NCBI RefSeq assembly: GCF_016432865.1
Contig: NC_067402.1
Location: 200,136,001-200,169,000 of the forward strand
Source of the DNA: Antechinus flavipes
Lineage: Eukaryota
Direction of reading: 5' to 3'
Length of the DNA: 33,000 nucleotides
The position numbers were made by a program, and so were the translations under genes. Below the pieces are notes generated by a model, which did not search any database, had not been told where the DNA came from, and worked only from the letters and a program-made list of their open reading frames with translations. Of the stretch, positions 21,746 through 32,953 are shown piece by piece. Numbering within the stretch: position 1 is the first letter of the stretch; each line of letters starts with the position of its first letter.

Positions 21746-22981
21746 ATTCCAATAGTCTGTTGAATATACTCCCTAACTGCCAATAGCCTGTTCTAATTGC
21801 TCAATATTCTGACTAAAGTCAAGGGCAAAATAAAGGCTTCCAAGAGGTTCGTTTCCATCAATCCAAAATAATAAATACCTTTCATGTAGGCTAAGGGAGC
21901 TTTTAGCAATTATAATCAGCATTGATTAAGGGCTCACTCTACTGAACTAACACTGGACCTTTCCAGTGGTGTGTATATGCCCAGAGTTCAGTAATGCTCC
22001 ATATGTGCTTCCTGCAGCATGAAGCCTCTGGAGCTCCCTCCTCTGATGGTCTCCTGCATCAGAACGAGCTGTTCACTTCTCCAAACCAGGGGCCTTTTCC
22101 GAGGAGAATCGGTGTGTGTATTCAGTGCTGACGAGGGGCCAAGTTCTGGGGGTGCACATTGAGACTGGCCCTGCGTCCACTATGATGGCTGGCACAGAGT
22201 GGGCATTTAATCAATGCTTGTTGAGTGACAAGACTCCAACCCCTACACGAACAAGAATTTCCTGAATCCGTTACCCAGTGGCCATCCAAAAGCTACTGGC
22301 CCAGGGGCAGCTGCTTCCTACCAAGGAAATCCAGGGCTCTCAACAATTGCCAAGGAGCTCCACAGATGCTGAGGGGCACACTGGGCATCCAGCGAAGAAA
22401 CATCTGAGCAACAGAATCCCTCATCTGGGGCTGATACCTTCTAAGCCAGGACGCTCACCTCTCGGGGCTACAAAATGAGGTTTGGGGACAGGTGCAGCAT
22501 CCCTGGAAAGGTAGTCCAGCATCCCAACCACCTCTGGCCTCAGGTCCAGCAGTCCTAGCCTGGAGCTCCCAAGGGACATTCCTGAGAAAGGCCCTAATGG
22601 GGGAGACGGGCCAGAAGCAGGCTGTGTCCCTGGGGAGGGAGCGGGCCCACAGGCCACGGAGCAGCATCTTCCAGGGAGCCCAGAGCGCGCCTCAAGTCTG
22701 GAACTCCGCACTGAGGTCCTGATTCAGACTTCCTGGGGCTGTGGGGGCTCGGACAAGCTGTTTCTGCTTCAGAGCCAGCTGAGGTAGGGGCTCCTACCTT
22801 TGCTTTCTGAACCTGTTGGAAGTTTTCTCCCCACGTTATGCAATTTCTTTACTCATCCTTATTTTACTGAACACAAAGTAGGGTTGAGATCAGCATAAGG
22901 AAGAGAGTTTCCTCCTTGAGAGTCCCTATAGGGGAAAGGAGAGGGGTTGATCATGCAGCCCACTCCCCCAATAACACCAAA

Positions 22982-24200
22982 CTGGGGTAAAATGGAATCA
23001 GGAAATACTGAATAAAAGAAGTAGAGGGGTAGAGGGACAGACATGGGGTGACTGGGATTAGGATGGGGATGAAATAACAGGATCTCAAGCACTGCCCGTG
23101 GAAGGGCCTGGGGGAAGAGGGGGGTGGGGGAGAGAGGATGGGGGGGGGAGTGTGGAGCAGACCCTGGGTTTGTGTGTACACATTACTTGAGTGTGACACA
23201 GATATTAGCCTGTAGATAATACATCCCTTGGTTGTCATTTCACTTGTGTCTGACCCTCTGAGACCCCATTTAGGGTTTTCTTGGCAGAGGTACTAGAGAA
23301 ATTGGCCATTTTCTTCTCTGGGTCATTTTCCAGATGAAGAAACTGAGGAAGCAGAGTGAAATAACTGGCTGAGGGTGAAGTGTCTGGGATTGGATTTGAA
23401 CTCAGGTCCTGCGGATGCTAGATCTAGTGCTCTGTGCATTTAAGAGCCCCCTAGCTGCGCCTTAGAATCCCTTGCTCCCTTGCCAAACCTCCTTCAGGAA
23501 TCCTTTCCCATCCCATCTTGTTTGGTTAAGAATATACCTCTTATAAAAATAAAAATGATTACATAGATATGAGAGGAATATGAAGGTATGATCTTTATGG
23601 TATGATCTTTAACATTAAAGTTGAATATCCATTTAAGATGTATGGTGAAGTGTGGTATAAGGTGATGGTCTAATTTCTTCCAGACTGCTGTCCAGTTTTC
23701 CCTGCAGTTTTTATTAAATGAAGAGATTTTGCTTGGTAATTTATGTTTTCAACCATTTCAAACTTTGAGTTCTGTTGTTTCTGATCTTTTTTATGTACTC
23801 TGCTCTATCAACCTTTCTATTCTTTAACCAATACTAGATATTTTCATGATGTTTATCATGTAGCTTTGAAATCTACAAATGCTATTCCTCCTTTACCCCT
23901 TCCCTTGAGAATCTAGATCTTTATTTTTTTCAAATGAATATTATTTTTTATCAAATTCTATAAATTATCCCCTTGGATTTATGTGATATAATATTAAGGT
24001 ATAAATTAATTTTTGTAGTATTTTCATTTTAATTTTCCTTACTTGGCATTCTTCCCATTTCTATTTCTTAAAACTTATGTTTATTCTGAACATAACCCCA
24101 AATAAAATGTATATTTTCATGTATGTAGTAGAATAGAAAAAGATTGCATATGAAACTGCCTGTTTTTGTAACTTGCTTTAAAAAATACTTAATATGCTAC
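22982..24200 (+). repeat. Segmental duplication, copy B, left arm; includes a SINE (~23260-23462) and an antisense L1 (~23520-24150)
   Basis: See 155-2473. Confidence 0.85.
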
Positions 24201-25760
24201 TTTCAAAGCTATCCTACTTCTCTGTGCTGCTTTTTTCTATTCTTTGTTTTCAGTTCTCTTCACATAATAGATGTCTAGTAAATTTTTGATTGACTTTGCT
24301 TTAAAAAAAAAAAAGATTTAAAGATCCTGCTTTCTTTTCTTTTTGCTCTCCTATTCCTATTTTTCCTCACCCACACAGCCTTACACTCCTGGGAAAAGAT
24401 AAAAAAACGCTTGTCACAAATATAAAGGAAACAAATCCCTATTTTGGTGATGTCCAAAATTATCATCTCAGTGACTCATTGAGTCCATTATTTCTCTGTC
24501 AAGAGGAGGGTGGCCTGCTTCATCATTCCAGTCCTCTGGAACCATGGATCGACATTACACTGATTAGAATTCTTATTGCTTTCAGAATTTTGGGTTTTAA
24601 AAAAAAATTATTGTATATGTTTGTTTCCTGGTTCAGTTCATCTCATTCTGCATCAATTTATATACATCTTCCTCGGATTCTCTGAAACCATCTTTTTCAT
24701 TTTTTATGACATCATTGTTATATACCATCATTTATTTAGCCATATCCCAATTGATAGTCACTTCCCTAGTTTCCAGTTTTTTCCCAGCCCCAAAAGAATT
24801 TATTTAAAATTTTTCCTTTCCACTCCCTATTGTAACAAATATTCATAATCAAGCAAAATAAATTTCCCCATTGACCTCATCTACTAAAAGTCTCATTTAA
24901 AAAAAAACATAGTTACATTCATAATTTTATAAAATACTAAATTTTAGTCTAATACTAAATTAGAGGCTAATAAAAATAAAGTTGTGTTTTTTTCATTAAA
25001 AACATACATAATAAATGTAATATGTTACTTTCAAAGCTGTTCTATTTATTTGTACTTTATTTTGTTTCTGTTTCTAGTGCTGTTCATATACTAGATGCCC
25101 AATAAATGTTTGTTGATTGACTTTGCATTTGTTTTTAAAAGATTACTTAAAGATTTCTTTTTGCTATCTTATTCCTATGCCCTCTCATCCTCAGTATGAC
25201 ACCATTGGAAAAAAAGCAAAAGAAAACCCTTGTCACAAATGTAAAGTAAAGGATCCTTATTTTGGTGACATCCAAAATTATACATTATGCAGGGTATACA
25301 TTATACCCTGAGTCCATTATATCCCTGTCAAGAGGTGGGCGGAAGGCTTCATCACCAGTTCTTTGGAATCACAGATGGCCATTGCATTCATTACAGTTCT
25401 TATTGCTTTCAGAATGGTTTTGTTTTTTCTTGCAGTGTTTATGTTATTGTATTCATTGCTCTCCTGGTTCTGCTCACCTCACTCTGCTTCAGCTCATCTA
25501 TATCTTTCAAGATTTCTCTTCATTTCTTATGTCAATACAGTTACATACAATTGTGCTTAGTCATAGCCCAATTAATAACCACTTCCTTAGTTACCACTTC
25601 TTTGCCAATTCAAAAAGAACTATCAATACTTTGTTTTTTAATTAACTTTGCTTCAATGAAAACCATTTTTGCCCTTTCCACTCCCTCACCCTGTAAAAAA
25701 TCAAAACTCAAAACCTTTGTAACAAATATTCATAGTCAAGTAAAATAAATTTCCCCATTG
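24190..25760 (-). repeat. Old tandem duplication of an L1-3'-derived segment (24190-24873 and 25018-25760)
   Basis: Shared anchors: taatatg.tactttcaaagct; ttgattgactttgc; cttgtcacaaat.taaag; tattttggtga..tccaaaattat; gagtccattat.tc.ctgtcaagagg; ttcttattgctttcagaat; ttgtaacaaatattcata.tcaag.aaaataaatttccccattg. Antisense marsupial L1 3' motifs such as tcctggttc.gctca are present. Confidence 0.85.
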
Positions 25761-25786
25761 AATAGAGTAGTTAAAAGTCTTGATCT

Positions 25787-25932
25787 GGCACAGTGGATAG
25801 AACACCAACCTCGAATTTAGGAGGATCTTGAGTTCAAAGCCCACTTCAGACACTTAACACAACACTTCTAGCTGTGAGGTCCTGGGGGAGTCACTTAACC
25901 CCCAATTGCCTCAAAACAAACAAACAAACAAA
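25787..25932 (+). mobile_element. WSINE1-type SINE with (CAAA)n tail
   Basis: ggcacagtggatagaacacc...gagttcaaa..cacttcagacact...gtcacttaaccccaattgcctc followed by aaaacaaacaaacaaacaaa. Confidence 0.88.
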
Positions 25933-26094
25933 GTATTATTCTGCACCCTATATCTGTCAGGAGGAGTGTTCAAAGTAGGACTTTGGTGGACTGGTCAGTG
26001 GCTTTTCCGGTGGGGGGTGGGGGAAGTTCTCTGAGGTGCCATTTTTCTAGGCTCTCTGGTCTGTGTAGAAAAAGTAAAATAAGCTTCTGGATTT

Positions 26095-27620
26095 CTGAGG
26101 TTTTGAATGAGGTGATTAAATGGAGACCCTCAGTATGGACAGGTATCAGAGGCTCTGATTGTGCAAAAACAGCCCCCTCAATATTTTGCCTATTTTAAAC
26201 CTGTTAATGCCTGTATGAGAATTGCTTCATCCTAAGGCTTAAGAATCTGAAGTCAGATTTTGAAGTGAAAGCTTTAATAATGTTAACAGATGAAGGAATG
26301 CAGGGGGCAAAGGGTGATGATGTACTGAATGATTATGCCTCTGGCTACCTCATCCAAGTACTCCCTAAGGGATGCAAAGTTGTACATGATGGAAGGGGTA
26401 AGAAGTGAGAGATGGGGATTTGCTTCCCTCTTGCTATGCAGATTTAAGCTGTCTCCTTGGTCTGGTCTATAGCACTCAAGGATGTATAAATTCCTTTCAG
26501 TGCATCTGTGGCTTCTGGGAGGAACTGAAATTCTCCAGTGTCCAGGGCTAGAAACGAAGGATTCAGTCTACTAGTCACAGGGAAAACTATGGAGGACTTC
26601 CCACCCACATCTACCTTCCCTTGAGATTTAGGGCAGCGGTTTGAGCACTTAGAGAAATACACTGGGACTTAGATAACAACTGTGTCCCTACCAATGTCCT
26701 TTGGTGGAATCATCTTAAAAAGACCTTTAATGGTCCTATGGCTTCAGGTGCTCTTATTTGCTACTCCTGGAAGGGCATCTCTCCTGGAAATTTTACAGTG
26801 GAGTGCAAGTCGAAATGGTAGCAATTGATACTAAAATATTCATACCTATTATTAGTTTAAATACGATTGTCCAGGCTTGGCAAGCTAACAGGAAAATAAC
26901 CTCCTCTCAGCATTCAGGGCTCCCCAAGCACACCATAATTAGGCCAAAGGTGAGGAGCAATTTCATATGGGCCAGTTGGTTTTAAGTCTGGCTGTCCTAG
27001 ACATAAAAAGAAAAATGAGAAAACAATCTTCAAGCCGGTGACTGTGTGTGTGTGTGTGTGTGTGTAAGAAAAACATCCGCTTATGTTTAAGGGGAAAAAA
27101 ATCTAGCTCCATAGTAGGTAAGCCTTTCAATAGCACGGAGCACTCTGGTTGTCAGTGGTGATTAGAGGGCACACGGTGCCTTTTAGTCAGTGGCAGCGAA
27201 AGTTACCGCTACTTCTCTCTGTATGGGACGGGCTCCTGCAGGAAATACTTGACAGCTGGAGCACTTTGTCTGCTGGGATGCTGTGTGCAGGCCGGGAAGG
27301 TTACAAGCCATTTTCTGGCAGTCCCGAGGCCACATCCCCTAGAATCTCTCCATTGCCGATGGTACGGGGCAGTCGTTCAGGCAATAAGTGGTGGGGTAGA
27401 AGTCCCTCGACTTGCCGGCTTTCTCCAGAAGGCCCCTGGCCGGCCCTGGCCACACGGAGATCAGTGTCCTGTGACCCAGGCTGAGAGCAGCATCACCTGG
27501 AGAATTCAGTGCTTGGGGAGCAGCGGCCGTGACCCTGCCTGCCAATAACGGCATCTACCAGTGACCCTTCACGCAGCTCCACGCTCGGCGGGATCCAAGA
27601 GCAGAGCCGGGACACTCAGG
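26095..27620 (+). repeat. Segmental duplication, copy B, right arm ('Y' segment); includes (TG)11 at 27043-27065
   Basis: See 5165-7215. Confidence 0.9.
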
Positions 27621-28560
27621 AGTCCGCCGTTGATGATGGAAATGCGGCTCTAGATGCAGAATAAGTCTGTGTGCACGTGGTGTCCCCCTAGTAGAAACGC
27701 AAGCTCCTCGAGGGCAGGCGATGTTCATTTTTGTCTCTATCCCCGCCGTCCGGCACAAAGCCCGGCACGTTAACAAATGCTAACGGACGAACTTGATCCT
27801 TGGCCCTCGATGGCTGCTCTCTCCTCTTCTATGTTTGCCCCCGGCCGCCTTCCCGCCCCGCCGCCCACCCACCCCCGGCACAGGGGGCCGGCACCCCGAG
27901 ATCCCCGCGGCCGGCGGCTGGATTCTTCCGGGACGTGCGGCTCCCTCGGAGGCAGCCGTCTGTCCCGCGGTCCTCCGGGGGGAGCGTCCATCTTTGCGGA
28001 CTGGGTCTTGGGCTCCCCCGACGGCCCGATAGCAGCCCCTCCGCACAGAACATCTGCCCTTACTGTGTGTCAGCCTTGGAGGGCGCACCCGCTCCTGCCC
28101 TCATACGGACTGGCCATGGCCGGCTTCATTACCCCGTTCCGGCTGTGATTCTCTCTGCGAGGAGATGGAGCGGCTGGTGTATGAGGAGCTTGCACAGAGG
28201 CGGGCGCGACGACTGAGCCCTTCGGCAAGCCGAGGGCTTTCTTCCCCTCCTCCCCTGCTGGGCACCTGCCCGCTTCCCTGACGTCGGCCACCCGGAGGGT
28301 GAGAGCCACCGGGAGTTGTGGCTTCGAAGCAGAAACAGCGACGGAGGGGGAAACTGAGGCCAGAGGAGGTGGGGCACCTGGGAATGAATATCAGAGGTGG
28401 GACCCGGACCCAGAGCCCGTGACCCTCCCCCCCTCTCCCGGACACCTCTAGGCCACTTGCAGACAGGACGGTGGTTTAGTTGGTCAAGCAGCCGAGCTGC
28501 TGGCACGCCATTAATAACGACTAAGACATTTGTGGAGCCCTCCCTTTGTGCCACGGGTCA
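27150..28560. promoter_or_regulatory. CpG island / possible promoter with three MYB sites and a CRE-like site
   Basis: High CpG density. TAACGG at 27546-27551, CCGTTG at 27627-27632, TAACGG at 27781-27786 and TGACGTCG at ~28279. Confidence 0.65.
27680..27782 (+). mobile_element. L2 3'-end fragment, unusually CpG-rich
   Basis: tagaaacgcaagctcctcgagggcagg..gttcatttttgtctctatcccc..cggcaca.agcccggcac corresponds to the L2 terminus (tagaatgtaagctccttgagggcaggg...gcacagtgcctggcac). Confidence 0.75.
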
Positions 28561-29299
28561 GGCGTAGAAGAGGAAAACCAGCCAGCCCGGCTCCTGGTGG
28601 GGGAGATGCCATAGGAGGGAGGCTTCAGCCTCCAGTTGGGCAGAGAGGCCTTATGGACTTCTGGGCTCCAGGACCAGCTAGATGCTCCTGCCTCTCCATT
28701 TAATTGATCCAATCGCCCGTATTTCTGATGCTGGACTTGGTGGTGTGCACTCATCTGCATACAAACTCCCCCAGATCAATGTCCTGTCTGAAATATGTCC
28801 CTCACAGTCAAGGGCCAGTTCTCCCAGGCTCTGGCTGAGGCTCTCCCACACCAGATATCCCCAGAAACAAGGATTCTCTTCCCATTTCGTTGAAAAATCT
28901 TGGGAGGAGCTGGAGCTGTCTCCAGATCTCTCCCCCTCCTCTCTGGGAGCCTTAGAGTGGGATGGCCCAGACCCTAGCCCTCCACCACTGTCCGTTTCCT
29001 TCCCTCCTCCCCCTCAGCCCTTCCCTCACCACCTTGCTTACGGGTCCAGTTCCTGAAGGGCACTTAGAAGCTCCTGGACCTGCCATGGTCTGTAAGGAAG
29101 GACCTGAGGAGGTGAACATCACTGAAGAGCAGGATATGGTCCCAGGAATATGGCTAATGTGGGTAACCTATGGCTTGCCAGGGGTTACCCACATGCCCAT
29201 CTGTGTACCTCATGAAATCCTTTAGAAGACAGTTACAGTGAGTGAGCAGATGGACTGCAAGAAAAGAGAAAATAGCCACGGTCATGGGGCTCCTATCCT

Positions 29300-29757
29300 C
29301 AATGACTGTGTGATGTTGGGGCAGTCCTTTCCCCTTGGAGGCCTCAGAGCCCTCACCAGAGAAATGAGGGGACCAGACAGATAATGCTCTAGAGCTTCTC
29401 TCTGCTCTGATTTCCCTGTTCTAGGTTCCCTTTTAGCTCTGATCTTTCCTGTTCCAAGGCCCTTCCAACCCTGATATCCCTTATTCTCAGGCCCTTGCCA
29501 GTCCAGACATTCTCTGTTCTAAGACATCCCCTGTTCTAAGTCCCCTCGCAGCTCTGACATCCCCTGTTCTAAGACCTCTCTCAGCACTGATGATCCCTAC
29601 TCTAAGACATCCCCATTCTAAGGCCCCTCTCAGCACTGACAGCCCCTGTTCTAAAGCCATTACTAGCTCTCACATCCCCTGCTCTAAGGCAGCCCCTGTT
29701 CTAAGGCACCTTCCAGCTTTGACATTCCCTGTTCTAAGTCCCCTCCCAACTCTGACA
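29300..29757 (+). repeat. MIR core followed by a degenerate ~33-bp/15-bp minisatellite (ctaaggcccctcccagctctgacatcccctgtt-like)
   Basis: A MIR-like stretch (tgactgtgtgatgttggggcagtc...gcctcag...aaatgagggg) precedes repeated cccctgttctaag/cagctctgacat units at ~29384-29757. Confidence 0.8.
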
Positions 29758-29779
29758 CTCCTAATCATACCTTCTCTAT

Positions 29780-29950
29780 TACAACTGAATGCCCTGCCAT
29801 TCTCTCTCTGGTATAGTCTAACCTTGCACCCTGGTCTTCTCCCTATCTGTCCCTTGTCCCCTCTCCAATCTGTCTCCAAGCTTGGCCTGTCAATTCTGCC
29901 TCTGCAACATCTCTCCCAAAGGCCCCCTCCCCTCCTCTGCCATGATCCCT
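29780..29950 (+). mobile_element. L2 fragment
   Basis: ccaatctgtctccaag..ggcctgtcaattctgcctctgcaacatctctc resembles the marsupial L2 3' half. Confidence 0.6.
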
Positions 29951-30249
29951 GGCCCTGGAGCAGGCCCTCATCCCCTCACAACTGGTCTACAGCAATATTG
30001 CTGCTGGGAGGGGGTCTGTCTGCTCCTTCTGTTTGTCCCTCTGATCCATCTTTAGTGAATCTGACCCTTTCCTCACAGTAGGTGCCTGGAGCTGAGGGAT
30101 CTCAGCCCCTCCCTTGTTCATGTAAAGACAGAGGGTCCAGAGAGGCACCTCACCTGTGGGTCAGAGTCAGTCACACAGCTTGGGAAGGAAACAATTTTTT
30201 GGTACACATTCAATTTTGCCATTTATTAAATACAAGCACACTAATGAGA

Positions 30250-31083
30250 TGGATGTACTTGCTTATTTTTGCATAAAGAATTAAGTCTTGGTAGAATATT
30301 TGATACTATAGAACATAAAATCTCTTCAAAGTTTTGTGATCAATATTTCAATTTTTTAATCGTCAGTGCTGAGAATATTGCTTTGCATACATATGTAGTA
30401 CAAAATGGCAGGAGTATGTTTAGGGTCATTTCAGAAATTGTTGAAAATTCTGTCTTAATCCCAAGCGAAAATTCATTTAACAATTTTTTTAAAGGAAACT
30501 CAAGTTTTAAACCTGTATAACTTAGCAAATTCTTTTTGAACTTTTAATGAGAAATGACTAACTTTTAAATTTTCAGTTGAATATGTTTTATGAACCCAAC
30601 TTTGTTTTTTAGAATCAAAATTTAAAAGAAAGCATTTGGAACCTGTTTCTGTAGGCACTTCAGATGACCAATTTTAACACTTACACCTTTGGAAAGGTAT
30701 TTTCAATTGTAAAATCATCTGAAGCTGTAAATATTTCTAAAAAACCATTTTCACCCTATTTTTTCCATATGTTAACTGTTAAAGTAAAACTTTCCTTTTT
30801 ATTTTTAGCATAAATGTTACATTTTTTCCTGGAAGCAACATTTTAAAATCCTTGAGTTTTTCCAAAACATCTGACAAATAATAGTTTTGAAAGCCATAAT
30901 TCATTATGAAAAAATGACAAAATATGATTTCTGCTCAATCAAAAATATAACAATTTCACCTTCTAATTTCAACAATCTGTTTAAATTTCACTTTTTTTCC
31001 TTTAAATTTCACCACTTTACCTCTGAATGTAGTAATAGGCTTTTGTAATCTGAGTCTATGTCTTTGCAAAGGTTTGAAAATAA
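30250..31083 (-). mobile_element. Decayed hAT (Charlie/Buster-type) DNA transposon, transposase C-terminal half
   Basis: Minus frames read FSNLCKDIDSDYKSLLLHSEVKW (cf. LLLHTEVRWLSRG), LNRLLKLEGEIVIFLIEQK, SDVLEKLKDF..LPGKNVTF and EFSLGIKTEFSTISEMTLNILLPFCTTYVCKAIFSALTIKKLKY (hAT dimerisation motif, cf. ILLPFxTTYLCExxFS). Frameshifts and stops are present. Confidence 0.88.
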
Positions 31084-31199
31084 ATGACTGTTAAAAGGAT
31101 GGAAATATTTATGTATATATATATATATACTCATATGCACATACATATATAGAGATATCTGTAATCATACCTATATATACATATGTATTCACATATATC

Positions 31200-32534
31200 T
31201 CTATTAAAGTTATACACTTACTTGTCCTCTGTTTTTCTGAAGGTGGATAACATCATCCTTTCTAGATCCAAGTCTTTCCATATTTTTCTAAATCCAACCT
31301 AAAACCAACTCATTTCCTATGTTACAGCAATATTCCAATCTTATACTATTTAATTGTTTTGAATAGCCTAAAACAGTATTAATATGGCTGACATATAATG
31401 TACATTTCTCTCTTTTGACTAACCCTTTTTTAACTTTGTCTGATATCAATGATTACTACCCCTACTTTTTTTAAAAAATAAATTCTACTTCTGATTATTA
31501 TTATTGTGGTTGTATATGTCTTTTGTTTCCTGTCCCTGCTAACTCTTCTACTTTACTTTTTACTTCTAACTTGCCCTACTATTACTTAACCAAATATCCC
31601 TCCCATTTTTCCTCCTTCTACCTTTTCCCTTCTCCTTTATCCATTCCTTTATTCACCTTATCCCATTCCTATCCATCTATGCACCCTTATATACCCTACC
31701 TCATCTTGTTCCCTCTCCCATTTATTTCTTTATAAGTTTTGGAGAGTTNNNNNNNNNNNNNNNNNNNNNNNNNNNNNNNNNNNNNNNNNNNNNNNNNNNN
31801 NNNNNNNNNNNNNNNNNNNNNNNNNNNNNNNNNNNNNNNNNNNNNNNNNNNNNNNNNNNNNNNNNNNNNNNNNNNNNNNNNNNNNNATCCCCTCCTCTCC
31901 CTCAGACCTTCCCTCACCACCCTGCTTACATATATATATATATAAATGTATGTATTGTTCACTCTTTAATTCACTCCCAATATAAGTAGGATTTTTAGAA
32001 CTACCAGTTCTCCTCCTTCATCTAATTTCTCTTTACAGTATTCCAAAACCTGCGAGGTTTTTTATTGTAGCCACTAATAGGTCTTATATGATTTTAATTG
32101 TTGCTCCGGCATATTTGAACTTCGTTGTTGTTGCTTGTAAAATTATCTCTGATCTGGAGGTTTCAAAATTTAATTTCTGTTAATTTTCCTCATAAGATCT
32201 CTTTCAAATGGTGATAGGTGATTTTTTTTTCTATTTCTACTTTCCCCTTTTGTTCTAACACTTCAGAACAATTTTCTATAATTATTTTTTATATCTAGAT
32301 AATTTTTTGTTCATAGTTTTCAGGTAGTCCAATTATTGTTATATTTTCTCCTCTTGATCTGTTCTCCAGGTCTGCTTATTTTCTTATGAGATGTCTCAAT
32401 TCACTTCTATTTTTTTCCATTCTTTATATTTTGTTGTATTATTTTTTGGTCTCTTGTAACTTTACTGACTTCCCCTTGCCTGATTCTAATCTTCAAAAGT
32501 AATTTTCTTCCTTAAGACTCTTTTTTGTTCCAGT
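31200..32534 (-). mobile_element. Old marsupial L1 (ORF1 / start of ORF2), antisense, interrupted by the LTR
   Basis: T-rich antisense L1 motifs such as ttttcaggtagtccaattatt...ctcttgatctgttctccaggtc and ctatttctactttcccctt. Confidence 0.7.
31749..31886. other. Assembly gap (138 N)
   Basis: Read directly from the sequence. Confidence 0.99.
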
Positions 32535-32933
32535 TGTGTAAAGGTTAAAAAGCCTCTAGAAGCAAAGAATGCAGTTCAAGGCATGTGGGCGGACCTGAGG
32601 GATGAGAGGTACTGAGGTGCAGGTGAGTCCTACCTGGAGGTGGGACATAGCCCCAGGAAGCGGTGTCTGATCCAGGTATCATATCTCCCTCCTTAGTGAT
32701 CTCAAAGCCTAGCACACCTCTCTCCTTCTTCTCGGGCCAATCCCATTATGCCAGGTTCCTAGAGGACCTCCCCTTTCCCCAGAACCTCAGGGGGATGTGC
32801 TATCTAAGAATAAAGTTCTCTTTTGCTTCACCCCTACCTCCTGGTGGTCTGTCTCTGTGGAATCCAATGAACAGGCATTAAGAGCAGCTCAAAGAGGAGC
32901 TACCAGATTAGAGTAGTCCATAGGGGCATAACA
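32535..32933 (+). mobile_element. 5' LTR (~400 bp) of a class II / betaretrovirus-like ERV
   Basis: Composition changes abruptly from L1 sequence. The element starts TGT (32535 or 32537) and ends AACA (32933), has AATAAA at 32809-32814, and is followed 2 nt later by a PBS. Confidence 0.88.
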
Positions 32934-32935
32934 AG

Positions 32936-32953
32936 TGGCGCCCAACGTGGGGC
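32936..32953 (+). promoter_or_regulatory. Primer-binding site for tRNA-Lys1,2 (CUU)
   Basis: TGGCGCCCAACGTGGGGC is an 18/18 complement of the tRNA-Lys(CUU) 3' end, as used by betaretroviruses and related ERVs. Confidence 0.95.

Noticed and set aside
27777-28554. Dense cluster of overlapping ORFs as genes
   Set aside because: Expected in very GC-rich sequence; the peptides are Pro/Arg/Gly-rich with no recognisable domain.
30269-30520. Plus-strand 83-aa ORF
   Set aside because: It is the antisense shadow of the hAT transposase fragment.
31696-31962. ORFs spanning the N run
   Set aside because: Artefacts of the assembly gap.
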